From NCBI GenBank assembly GCA_963844035.1, contig CAWJMT010000003.1:64001-128000 (forward strand): 64,000 bases of DNA, in the 5' to 3' direction. The notes beneath the pieces are model-generated. The model saw nothing but the letters and a program-made list of their open reading frames with translations. It did no database searches and was not told the DNA's origin. This document shows positions 50,690-61,120 of this stretch, piece after piece. A program made the translations under genes and the position numbers. Each line of letters opens with the position of its first letter. The first letter of the stretch is position 1. Source of the DNA: an uncultured Gemmatimonadales bacterium (GTDB lineage: Bacteria; Gemmatimonadota; Gemmatimonadetes; Gemmatimonadales; GWC2-71-9).

Positions 50690-51223
50690 ATGCATTTTCA
50701 CCTGGCCCAGGGTCTGCGCTTCCTGTCCCTCTCGGTGGGCTTGGCGATCGCGCTGATCCCTGCGTCCGCCGCGGGACAGACGTCCAGCTCCTCTCGCAGC
50801 GACGTCGTCTGGCACTGGTACGGCGACTGCGCGGGCGGCGACTCGCTGGTGCTGGAGATCAAGTTCGACGGCAAAGATCTCTATGCCACGACCTTTCCAG
50901 TGTGTAAGGTCCGCCGCGGTCAGATCAAGCCGGAGCCGGAACAACGCCTGATCAAGGTCCGGTTCACCGCGCTGCCCAAGCGATTTCGAGCCTCGAACAA
51001 AGCGCCTGAGCCCGTTCCGATCACCTGCGCGATATGGGAATCGCGCGGGGACGGCAACTCGATACGGTTCGGCGTCCAGTTCGCCACGAAGGACGAGTCG
51101 CTGCTCAACACCAATCACCCGGCGCGCATCGATATCGCGACGCGGACCGAGCGGGTGCGGGGGTTCGTGATCGACACACGCCCGGTGCGGCGCAGCAACA
51201 AGAAGCCGGCCCCGGCCAAGTAG
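50690..51223 (+). CDS. Secreted hypothetical protein
   Basis: Signal-like N-terminus, 177 aa. Confidence 0.6.
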   Translation: MHFHLAQGLRFLSLSVGLAIALIPASAAGQTSSSSRSDVVWHWYGDCAGGDSLVLEIKFDGKDLYATTFPVCKVRRGQIKPEPEQRLIKVRFTALPKRFRASNKAPEPVPITCAIWESRGDGNSIRFGVQFATKDESLLNTNHPARIDIATRTERVRGFVIDTRPVRRSNKKPAPAK

Positions 51224-51230
51224 CGGCCGC

Positions 51231-51542
51231 CTAGCCCTCGAGCTTGTAGATCTCTCGGCGCCCGAAGTCCACCAGGTCGTGGTAGCCCTTCATGATATTC
51301 TCGAATTCCTTCTGACTCTCGGGGCTCTGCCCCTGGCCCGACATCATGGCCTCGAACGCCTGCATGCTCGGGACCTCGAATTCCGACACGATCGTCCAGT
51401 AGCGCTCCGCACACACGTCGGTCATGACGCGCATTTTGCCCTGTCCCATCTTGTCCATCAGCTTGCTCATCGCGAGGAATTTCTCGACCAGCGGGCGCAC
51501 TTTGCCCGGCTTGCAGAACATGACTTCGCGGATCAATAGCAT
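51231..51542 (-). CDS. NIPSNAP-like dimeric alpha-beta barrel protein
   Basis: RBS AGGAGG; IREVMFCKPGK...GRREIY. Confidence 0.7.
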   Translation of the reverse strand: MLLIREVMFCKPGKVRPLVEKFLAMSKLMDKMGQGKMRVMTDVCAERYWTIVSEFEVPSMQAFEAMMSGQGQSPESQKEFENIMKGYHDLVDFGRREIYKLEG

Positions 51543-51603
51543 GGGGCCTCCTGGGGCGGGTGGCGCGACCTTGTAGCGAGAGGGTAAAAACTGCACCGCG
51601 ACC

Positions 51604-52548
51604 CTAGGGGATGACCAGCCCCGTCATCTTCACGACCTCGAAGTCCGTCCCATGCAGCTGTTTCATCGTGTTGATGTGCGCGTCGTTCCAGCGGGGATCG
51701 GGCGCGCCGCTCACGAAGAACGCGCCGCCGTTGTCGGCGAGCAGCATCCCATACGTCTTGAGCCCCGTGAGAATCACCTGCACGTCGGCGGGGAACCCCG
51801 AGATATTCACGCCCGCCTTGAGTCGAACCCGCATCCCCATCGGCGGCAGCATGGAATCGGCGTGCGTGCTGGCGAAGTGGCGCGCCGGCGGCACGTAGGC
51901 GCGGCGCGTGACGGGACAGGTGAACCGCACCGCGTGCGTGACCACCCCTTGGGTCACGACCTCGTCGTAGCGCACCAGACCGGGGAAGATCGGCAGCCCC
52001 GCCGCGTCGGCGGAGGTCCAGCCGTCGTGCCGCAGCGTGTTGGAGGCCAGGTCGAAGACCGCCCCTGATCCCGCCGTCCACGACGCACCGCCGTTGACCG
52101 GGTGCGCGTCGAACAGCTCGTACAGCATCCAGTTGTCCACGTCCACCACCAGGACGTGCCGGTCGCCGCCCGCGCTCGAGCCACCTTCGACGGCCGCGTT
52201 GCGCGGAATCGGATAGGGCCCCGGATCGCTCTCGTCGTCATAGTCGAAGGTGACGGGCACGCGCTGCTGGGCGCCGGACACGGTGGTGAACGGGATGCCC
52301 CAGGGCGCGCCGCCGTACGTCGTTCCGAAATCGGGATGTACGCTGGCCGATCCGCCGCAGCGTGCGATCAAGCTGTCGGATTTCGGGTCCACCGGGTCGG
52401 CCGCAATACTGCGGTTCCACGGATTGTCGGCGGGAAACACGCGGCGGCTTGGGAGCAGGGGCGCCTCGCCTGTGGACCCCGGCTCCTCCGTCGCGAAGCC
52501 GCAGGCGACGGCGACCCCCAAGGCCAGGCTCCAAGCGAGGCGTCTCAT
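51604..52548 (-). CDS. Hypothetical lipoprotein
   Basis: Lipobox AVAC; FPADNPWN, GDRH, DAAGLPIFPGLVRYDEV and YGMLLADNG. Confidence 0.8.
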   Translation of the reverse strand: MRRLAWSLALGVAVACGFATEEPGSTGEAPLLPSRRVFPADNPWNRSIAADPVDPKSDSLIARCGGSASVHPDFGTTYGGAPWGIPFTTVSGAQQRVPVTFDYDDESDPGPYPIPRNAAVEGGSSAGGDRHVLVVDVDNWMLYELFDAHPVNGGASWTAGSGAVFDLASNTLRHDGWTSADAAGLPIFPGLVRYDEVVTQGVVTHAVRFTCPVTRRAYVPPARHFASTHADSMLPPMGMRVRLKAGVNISGFPADVQVILTGLKTYGMLLADNGGAFFVSGAPDPRWNDAHINTMKQLHGTDFEVVKMTGLVIP

Positions 52549-52717
52549 GCCCTCAACCTCCACCCGACTCACCGGCAGGGATGTGGCGGGCATCACCAAC
52601 ACGAGGGTTGGCCTCGCGTCGCATTTTGGGAGACATGGAGTTGCAGCAGGTCCGCCAGCGGTTCAGCTTTGTACCGCCGCTCGATCGCACCCACCTTCAA
52701 CACACGGGAGATCGTCC

Positions 52718-53170
52718 ATGCGCACTTCGGTATTCTTGCTGCTCTGCAGCCTGGCTGCCGTACCCGCCTTCGCCCAGGCCCCAACCGCCGCCGTGCCGTG
52801 GGGTCCCGCGCCGCCGTTCTTGAGCGCCGGCGCCCGATTCGCCGTCATGCAGGGCGATCCCTCGAAGGCCGCCGTCTACACGATCCGTCTCGAGTTTCCG
52901 GACGGCTACGTGATCAAGCCCCACTTCCATCCCACCGACGAGCACGTCACCGTCATTTCGGGCACGTTTCTCGTGGGGATGGGGGATTCGGTCGACTTCA
53001 AGTCCGGCATGACGGTGCCGGCGGGTGGGTTCGTGACGGCGCCGGCGCTGGCGCACCACTTCGCGAGTGCGCGCGGGCTCACCGTCGTTCAGGTGCACGG
53101 CATGGGTCCGTTCGCCATCACGTACGTGAAACCGGCGGACGACCCTCGCATAGCGATGCCGGCGCACTGA
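52718..53170 (+). CDS. Secreted cupin-domain protein
   Basis: Signal peptide AFA-Q; PHFHPTDE and HHFA. Confidence 0.85.
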   Translation: MRTSVFLLLCSLAAVPAFAQAPTAAVPWGPAPPFLSAGARFAVMQGDPSKAAVYTIRLEFPDGYVIKPHFHPTDEHVTVISGTFLVGMGDSVDFKSGMTVPAGGFVTAPALAHHFASARGLTVVQVHGMGPFAITYVKPADDPRIAMPAH

Positions 53171-53224
53171 CTACAGATGAGTGGGTGCTCGCCGCCACGG
53201 CCGATGCCGACGGCGAGCACCCGC

Positions 53225-55514
53225 CTACGCGTCCCTGGCCTTCCGGTTGTACAGGTACGCGAGCAGCAGCGACACGAGTCCGGTGATGAACACCGAGCCC
53301 ACGCGATACAGGGCGTCGAGCGACGACAGATCGTGGACCACGATCTTGACCGCCGCCATCGCTGCCACCAGCAGACCGGCTTGCCGCACGCGCCGCAGGT
53401 CGCGCCGGAATCCCAGCAGCACCAGACCGCAGGCGAACAGGATCCACCACACGCTGATCGAAAGTCCCGTCCACAAGCGCTGCGGTGCTTCCCTCGAGTT
53501 CGCGCAGCACAAAGAAGCGCCCCAACTCCCCGGTCACGCCGAACAGCAGCAGCACGCCGGCGCCGATCCACAGCGCCGGGACGAGCGGTTCGTTGGCAAA
53601 CGGGGAGGTTCGAGGAGACAACCATGCGGCGAGCCCAGCCAGCGTGGCGACCGAGAGCCACAGCGCCGCAGCCCAGAGGCCCCAGAACGCCGGGTCCGAG
53701 TTTCCACGCACCGCCAGATCCACGTAGACGAGGTACAGCGCCGCCCCAAGCAGCCCGGCGCCGGCCAGAGCCCGGAGCGGGCGGATAAATCGCCTCACAC
53801 CAATGACCAACAGCGTGCTGAAGAAGAGCAGCCACCACACGACGGCGGCCTCATTCCAGGCCAGGTTTGCGGTCGCGGATGCGTAGCCGCGCGCGCCGAA
53901 AAAGCGCGGCAGCTCCCCGGTCACTCCGCAGAACAGCAACACGCCCGCCGCCGTCCAGAGCGCGGGCACGATGCCGCGAGTGTGCGGTGACGGGTCGCCC
54001 ACCTTCCAGAGTCCCCGGGCCATCACGACCAGGGATGCGATGCAGGCCCAGAGAGTCAGCGCCCAGCTGTCCACAAAGGCGGGCGTCGATTGCGGTCGCG
54101 ATCCGGGATCGACGAGAACCACGTGCAGTAGCGCACCGGCTATGGCGAGCAGCGCGTACCAGCGGCCGTCGGTGCGTGCCAGCGCGTGGTCGAGCACGGC
54201 CCAGAGCAGCGCCAGGGCGACGAGCGCCCACACCGCCTCGAGACCGCTCCACTGCGCCAGGCCGGCGAGTCCGGCGGCCGTCGTCCCGACAAGCGCGAAC
54301 TCCGGATGCATGCGCAGGTACCCGGCCGCCAGGTAGGGGAGCGCCACGATCAGCAGCACGAGCCCGGGGTGCCGTGCAAATAGCGCGGGGTTGACGAGCT
54401 GAATCGCCCACGCGAGCAGGATCGGTGTGACAAAGAAGTACAACGTTTCGCCGACGGACCAGGGCGTTACCCTGTCCTCCTGCGCTCCTCGAATCGGCCA
54501 GAACTCGGGAGCGCGCCACGCGTGCAGCCAAACCGGCACCGCCAGGCCCACGCCCGCCAGCACGACCCCCCACGGCGCGTCCAGGCGGTTGCTCGCGGCC
54601 GCGATCAGTCCCCACCCGCCGCTAAACGAGAGGAAGCGGGTCTCCCACCATCCTTCGCGCAGCCCGACGTACAGCCCGAAGCTTCCGCCCAACACGCCGA
54701 ACAGCAGCACGCGCCACGGCTCCGCACTCCAGCCGGCGCCCCCGGTGAATGCCAGGCCGAAATAGCTGAACGCGATGAGCGCGCTGGCGAGTCGCCAGTG
54801 CTTGCGGGCCGCCACCCAACCGAGCGTGAAGGCCATGAAGCTCAGGTACACGAGCAGCAGGTCGGCGTTGGATGCGTTGCGGCCCAGCAGCACCGGTGCC
54901 AGGAAGGCGCCGATCACCGCGGTGGCGCCGAGCGCTTCGACGTCCACTACGAAGGCGACGGCGGCAAGGGCCAGGGACACGAGCGCGAGTCCGGCGATTC
55001 CCTCGGGCGGAGGCAGGAACGCGTAGAGGTACGACGCGGCCCACACGGCGAGGTAGATCACCGCCGCCCCGCAGCCGATCAGTGCGGCTCCATAGGTGCG
55101 CAGTTCCTTGCCGTACAGGCGCCATCCGATCACGCCGATCGCGACGCCCGCCAGGGCGCCGCTGATGCATCGCACCAGCGGGGACACCCAGCCCTGGTCG
55201 AACGAGTACTTGAGCAAGTAGCCCGCGGCCAGGATCACGAACAGGACGCCGACCGCGAGCAATCCCCGCTGGCCGAGCCATTGCTCGGTGTCCCGCGCCG
55301 GCGTGGCCCGAGGAGCTGACTCGGCCGGAGCGTCGAGCCACTCCGGCGGCGTGTACGCTGGTTCGGGGACGTAGGCTGGTTCCGGGACTGGAGCAGGCGG
55401 AGGGGCAGGGGGGGCGATGGGCTCCGACGTCCCGCCCGTCACCAGCTGGCGGATCAGCTGTTCGAGCACGGCTACCCGTTGCTCTAACCGAGTCAGGCGG
55501 TCGTCATTGCTCAT
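53225..55514 (-). CDS. DUF2339-family membrane protein (frameshift near 53480)
   Basis: Coiled-coil and Pro-rich N-terminus, EQWLGQR, YLLKYSFDQGWVSP and C-terminal KIVVHDLSSLDALYRVGSVF. Confidence 0.82.
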
Positions 55515-55718
55515 CCGGGTCTCCTGTCCGAGTGCCGCGCACTCAGCGCGATGCAAATCGAAATCGCGGGGATTGACGGGCTAACATACTGCACGAACGC
55601 ACGCCCGTGGGTACCGCCTTACCAGTTGCGCCGGAGCCGGGGGGTCAGCACCTTACGCGCCAGCGGTTCTTGGGATGCATCACTTGCCCCTGACTCTTTG
55701 CTTGGCGTGGAGGATCCG

Positions 55719-56093
55719 GTGCCCCTAGAGGTCTATAAGGTCATCCATATCATCGGCATCATCCTGATCATGTCCGCGCTGGGTGGCGCGGCCGTGCGCG
55801 CCATGCTGGGCGCGGGCGAAGACCGTCCCACCCGCAAGCTGCTCGCCATGCTGCACGGCATCGGTGCCTTCCTCGTGCTGCTTGGGGGGTTCGGCATGCT
55901 GGCGCGGCTCGGCATCATGCAATCAGGCGGCAGTTTCCCCGCCTGGCTGTGGGTGAAGCTCGTCATCTGGGGCCTCCTCGCCGCAGCGCTGGTTATCCCA
56001 CGCCGGCGCCCGTCGCTCGCGCGTCCCCTGTTGCTCAGCCTTCCGATTCTGGGCGGCCTGGCGGCATACATGGCGATCTACAAGCCCTTCTAA
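55719..56093 (+). CDS. Four-TM hypothetical membrane protein
   Basis: RBS GGAGG; YKVIHIIG...WLWVKL...YKPF. Confidence 0.75.
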   Translation: MPLEVYKVIHIIGIILIMSALGGAAVRAMLGAGEDRPTRKLLAMLHGIGAFLVLLGGFGMLARLGIMQSGGSFPAWLWVKLVIWGLLAAALVIPRRRPSLARPLLLSLPILGGLAAYMAIYKPF

Positions 56094-56098
56094 CGGAT

Positions 56099-56605
56099 AT
56101 GCCCACATCCCGCTGGATGGTCCTCTGCATCGCGCTCGCGGCCGCGGGTTGTGCTACCACCCACGCGTCGCACGACCCGATGGGGCAGATTGGCACGAAG
56201 CCGACCTCGTGCGCTGCGGCCAAGAGCGCCGATACGACGGCCTATGAGTCGACACAGCTTTCAGAGCAACCCGTGCCGCGTTCGGTTCCCGAGCTCGTGT
56301 ATCCGGAAGAGGCGAAAGAGAAGAAGATTCAGGGCCGGGTCCTGGTCAGCGCGGTGGTGACCGCCGATGGGACGGTCGATTCCGCATCGGTGGCGGTGAC
56401 GATGCGCGTCCACAAGCTGTTGGACGACGAAGCGCGGCGCGTCGTCTCACACGCCACCTTCTGGCCGGGGTGCCGCGATAGCTTGGCGGTACGGACGCGG
56501 CTCACCTTCCCGTTCGACTTCCATTCGAAGAGCGGCAACGCTGGTGTGGTGTTCGGAGTGCTGGTGGGAGTCTGGGCGGGGGTGATGGCGGTTATGATGG
56601 ACTGA
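56099..56605 (+). CDS. TonB C-terminal domain lipoprotein
   Basis: Lipobox AAGC; YPEEAKEKKIQGRVLV and LDDEARRVV. Confidence 0.75.
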   Translation: MPTSRWMVLCIALAAAGCATTHASHDPMGQIGTKPTSCAAAKSADTTAYESTQLSEQPVPRSVPELVYPEEAKEKKIQGRVLVSAVVTADGTVDSASVAVTMRVHKLLDDEARRVVSHATFWPGCRDSLAVRTRLTFPFDFHSKSGNAGVVFGVLVGVWAGVMAVMMD

Positions 56606-56635
56606 TACCACCCACCTTTACCCCGCCGGGACTTC

Positions 56636-57106
56636 ATGATCTCCATCGAGCCAATCGGCCGCGTGCGCTGCCTCAAGCATGACACCACCGACGATCACTG
56701 GGGCGACGGCGCGGCGGCGATCGAGCTGGACGATACGTTCGACGCGGCAGCGCTCGACGGCTTGGACCAGTTCTCACACGCAGAAATCATTTTCCATTTC
56801 GACCGCGTGCCCGAGGGGGCGATCGAGCGTGGCACCCGTCACCCGCGGGGGAACGTGGCGTGGCCGCGCGTCGGCATTTTCGCGCAGCGCGGCAGCGCAC
56901 GACCGAATCGTATCGGCGCGACCATCGTCGAAATCGTGCAGCGCTCGGGACGGGTACTCACGGTGCGCGGCCTGGACGCCATCGACGGCACGCCCGTGCT
57001 TGACATCAAGCCGGTGATGGTGGAATTCTTGCCCCGCACTCCGGTGCGGCAGCCGGCGTGGTCGCGAGAGCTGATGCGCCACTACTGGAAGGCAAACGAT
57101 GAATGA
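56636..57106 (+). CDS. TsaA/TrmO-like SAM-binding methyltransferase
   Basis: GIFAQRGSARPNRIG and GLDAIDGTPVLDIKP. Confidence 0.88.
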   Translation: MISIEPIGRVRCLKHDTTDDHWGDGAAAIELDDTFDAAALDGLDQFSHAEIIFHFDRVPEGAIERGTRHPRGNVAWPRVGIFAQRGSARPNRIGATIVEIVQRSGRVLTVRGLDAIDGTPVLDIKPVMVEFLPRTPVRQPAWSRELMRHYWKANDE

Positions 57107-57311
57107 TGATCGCGTCGTACACCTGCTGGAGGAGATCCGCGACCTCCAGCGCCAGCACATCGCCAACTATCAGGAAGCGTTGCGGAACCAGCAGGAGGCC
57201 ATCGGTTTCCAGCGGCAGGCGACGCGTCGCGTCATGCGTATCGCCACTGCGCTCATGGTGCTGGTCGTGGTGCTGATCGCGGTGTTCATCGTGCCGTACG
57301 CGATCCGGTGA
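57099..57311 (+). CDS. Small coiled-coil plus TM protein
   Basis: LLEEIRDLQR and C-terminal TM. Confidence 0.6.
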   Translation: MNDDRVVHLLEEIRDLQRQHIANYQEALRNQQEAIGFQRQATRRVMRIATALMVLVVVLIAVFIVPYAIR

Positions 57312-57356
57312 CGCCCCGTTCGTTCACTCCCCCGCACATCCCGCATGGAGGTTCCG

Positions 57357-57824
57357 ATGGAGACGGCCTTTAGCATCGTCCCGGCCGGAATCCGGCCGTT
57401 CTACCTCCTGCTTCCTGTTTTCCTTCTTCTGGGCGTAGTGCTGTACTGCCTCTGTTTGGTCGGGTACGGTTCGCAGCGAGCGAGTTTCGTACTCTCCGAC
57501 TCCGGCCTCGATTTTCGGGGCGACGTTTGGGGGAAGCGGGTCCCCTGGAGAGCGGTGGAGATCGAGAAGGCTCGGGTGTTGGACCTGACCCGTGAGCCCG
57601 GGCTCCGGCCGGTGTCGCGTCGCATGGGGACCGGCCTCCCCGGATACGTGGCTGGCTGGTTTCGCCTGGCCAACGGCCACCGCGCGTTGCTCTATGTGAC
57701 CACGTGGCAGCGGGTGCTGTATGTGCCCACCACCGCGGGCTACGTCCTGTTGCTGAGTCCCCAGGATCCCGACGCGATGCTGGCGGAGCTCCGGCGTCGC
57801 GCGGGTCGGCGGAGTGGTACCTAG
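57357..57824 (+). CDS. Bacterial PH-domain membrane protein
   Basis: RBS GGAGG; GTGLPGYVAGWFRL and LLLSPQDP. Confidence 0.75.
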   Translation: METAFSIVPAGIRPFYLLLPVFLLLGVVLYCLCLVGYGSQRASFVLSDSGLDFRGDVWGKRVPWRAVEIEKARVLDLTREPGLRPVSRRMGTGLPGYVAGWFRLANGHRALLYVTTWQRVLYVPTTAGYVLLLSPQDPDAMLAELRRRAGRRSGT

Positions 57825-57910
57825 CGCTCCGTTGGCGTGAGGCGCACGTTTGCGCGCTCGAGAGCCCTGCCAACGCGACCTTAAAAGGGACGGGCACCGT
57901 GAACCTCGCA

Positions 57911-58378
57911 ATGTCAACATCTGGGTTGGTGCACACGCTGATCAGCCTGGTTGGGATCATCGCCGGGTTCGTTATCGTGTACGGGATGTTCAATAGCAAA
58001 CGGCTCGACGGGTGGACGGCGGTGTTCCTGCTTAGCACCGTGGCGACGAACGCAACCGGATTTGTTCTGGTGCCCGGCCTCTTCTTGCCGTCGCACAAGA
58101 TCGGCGCCCTCTCGCTCGTGCTGCTGGCGATCGCGATCGTGGCGCGCTACGTCGGGCACCTCGCCGGCGGCTGGCGGCGGACCTACGTGATCACCGCCGT
58201 GGCGGCGTTCTACTTCAACGTCTTCGTCCTGGTGGTGCAGCTGTTCCGGCGCGTCACCGTGCTGCAGGAGTTGGCGCCCACCCAGTCCGAGCCGCCGTTC
58301 GCGGTCGCGCAGGTGGTGGTGCTGGTGCTTTTCATCTGGATCGGCATCCGCGCGGTGAAGCGGTTCCACCCGGCGTAG
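57911..58378 (+). CDS. Hypothetical membrane protein
   Basis: HTLISLVGI, YFNVFVLVVQLF and APTQSEPPF; about 5 TMs. Confidence 0.8.
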   Translation: MSTSGLVHTLISLVGIIAGFVIVYGMFNSKRLDGWTAVFLLSTVATNATGFVLVPGLFLPSHKIGALSLVLLAIAIVARYVGHLAGGWRRTYVITAVAAFYFNVFVLVVQLFRRVTVLQELAPTQSEPPFAVAQVVVLVLFIWIGIRAVKRFHPA

Positions 58379-58397
58379 GCGCGGCGCCGCGGCCGCG

Positions 58398-61117
58398 CTA
58401 GCGTCCTCTGCTCCTCATGGCCGCCTTCAGCTCGTTGAGAAAGTTGAAGACGACGACCGCCTCGGGGAGCGGGTTGCCGACGACGCGCAGCATCAGGAAG
58501 CGCTTGCCATCGGGGGACACGTCGTACGTTTGGCTGTAGGTTGCTGACTGGAATCCTGAGACGCCGAATAGGTCCACAGGCGCTCCTTTCGTGAACGTCG
58601 GCCCAGGGATCACCGGTACGCTCACCAGCTTGTCCCGCGGGCTGCGATAGAACAGTTCGCGCCCGCTGCGCGACCAGCGTGGCTCCGCGCCGCCATCCAG
58701 CGAGACCTGAAATTTCGCGGCGTTCGTTTCCGGAAATGGACGGACGTAGATCTCGTGCCGGCCCGACTCGTTCGAGCTGTACGCCATCCAGCGGCCGTCG
58801 GGAGAAATCGCGGGCGATACCTCTTCGAACTTCGAGGCGATGAACACCCGCGGCACCGTATCGACGCCCAGGCGCAGGCCAAGAATGTCTCCCGCACCCG
58901 GCGCCTGGTTGTCGGTGCGAAACACGAGCCAGGCGCCATCGGGCGAGAGGGCGGTGCCGAAGACCTGCCGGCTGTCATGCACCGCTACCTCCTCGGCTTG
59001 GCCGCCGTCGCGCACCGGCACGCGCAGCACCGTGGAAAACCGGCCCTCGCGATAGCCAACGACATACAGCGTGTGCCCGTCCGGCATCCACGCCACGCGC
59101 CCCGTACCTGCGATCCCGCCCGTCGTGAGACGGAGCGGTGGCGAATTGTCGAACGGCACGAACCAGATGTCGTCGTCGATCGCCATCGCCACGCCGGAGC
59201 CATCCGGCGAGATCGTCAACCCTTGATGCTGCCCTGCAAGACCGGGACGCATCGGGATGGCTCTGCCGGCGCGGTCCACCCAGGTCGCGCTGTATGTGAA
59301 AGGCGCGAGCTTCGTGTAGAACAGCGTCCCATCTCGCGAGAGCGCGAAGTCGGCGCTGATCGCTGATCCGGGGCCCTTGAGCATTGCCGTGTCACGCAGG
59401 GCGATGGCGGGGCCCGTAACGCGCAGCCGGGCCTGGTCGAACGGCGCGGCCATGAGCACGCCGTCAGGCCGCACATATACGACGTGTCCGGACCGGGCGT
59501 ACTGCGGACGAATGCCACGCAGCAGCGCCGTGGTCTTTCCCGTGGCGAGATCGACCACACCCACCACGAGCGAGTCGGGCCGGTTGCCGAACAGCGCATC
59601 GAAGGCCACGGTGACCAGCACGCCCTTCCCGTTCGGCAGCAGGCGTGGAAACAGGTGCGCGAAGTCGCCGCGCGTCGAGTCGAGCTGCGACACGCGCACC
59701 AGCCGGTTCTCACCCGGCCGCACACGCCCCACTCCTGATTGCGCCGTCACGTAGAGGGCGCCATCGGTGCCCCAGTCGAGTCCGTTGATGCCGTCGGAGA
59801 AACCGTACAACCCCGAATCCGCGACGATCACCGGGACCCCGCCCGTGAGCGGCACGACCTTCACACGATGCGGAGACAAGACGAACGCCAGCGAATCACC
59901 GCTCGGCGAGAAGTTGGGATCCCACCCCCCTTCCGAGCCGGGGACCATCGTGGCGTCGAGCGTGTCCCAACGCCGTACGAAAATGTGGCTCGAGCCATCG
60001 GGCGCGCTGCCCACGTACGCGATGCTCGCGCCGTCCGGCGCGACACCGACGTTCCGGCCCGCGGTCTGGAGGGCCACCGCCGCGAGCTCGGGCAGCTCGA
60101 GGCGCAACCGCTTGACGGTGCGGTCAGCGCGGCCACTCCCCGTGCGCAGCGCGAGCGCGGTGACGGCGGCCGTCCCGAGCATGGTCCCCACGATGATTCG
60201 CGCCGAGCCTGCGAGCACTGGGCGCGCGCGGGGTGGAGCGCACGGCGCCTGAAGACACCGCGCGACTCGAAGAAGCGGTGACGAGCGCGTGCGCAAGCTC
60301 CTGTGCGGTTTTCGGGCGGTCGGCCGGCAGCTTGGCCAGGGCGCGGCTCGACGGCGGCCTCCACGTGCGGCGGGATCGTCTTGCGCTGGAGCGTGAGGCT
60401 GCGCGGCTCTTCGGTCATCACCCGCGCGATGATCGCCTGGGCAGTGGCGCCCGTGAACGGCGGCTCCGCCGTGAGCATCTCGTAGAGCACGCAGCCCAAC
60501 GCATAGATGTCCGCCTTGGGCGTGATCTCGCGCTCGCCCATCGCCTGTTCGGGCGCCATGTAGTGCGGGGTGCCGAGGCTCATGCCCGTCTCGGTCATGC
60601 GGGTGCCGCCGTCGGAGCGGCTGACGGCGAGCGCGATACCGAAGTCGGCCACGAGGGCGCGCCCATCGTGCAACAGGATGTTCTCGGGTTTGATGTCTCG
60701 GTGCACCACGCCGTGGCGGTGCGCGTAGTCCAGCGCGTCGGCCACCTCACACGCAATGCGTACGGCCTCGTCCACGGGCAGCTGCTGCTCCCGGTTCAGC
60801 CGGTCCCTCAGGCTCTCGCCCTCCACGTACGGCATCACGTAGAACACGTGGCCGTCCGCCTCGCCCGAATCGAAGAGTGAGAGGATGTGCGGGTGCTGGA
60901 GGTTGGCGGTGGTCTTGATCTCGGTGAGAAAGCGCTCGCTGCCGAGGATGGCGGAGAGCTCCGGGCGCAGCACCTTCAGGGCGACCTTGCGGTCGTGCTT
61001 GATGTCGCGCGCGAGGTACACCGTGGCCATGCCGCCCGCGCCGAGCTCGCGCTCGATCACGTACCGGTCGGCGAGGGCCGTTGCGAGACGGGCGGCCATG
61101 GGGCTGTCGGCGCTCAC
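58398..61117 (-). CDS. Ser/Thr protein kinase with TolB-like beta-propeller (frameshifts near 60250-60350)
   Basis: GAGGMATV, HRDIKPEN, DFG and GTPHYMAPE; TM; SPDG repeats. Confidence 0.92.
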
Positions 61118-61120
61118 GTG

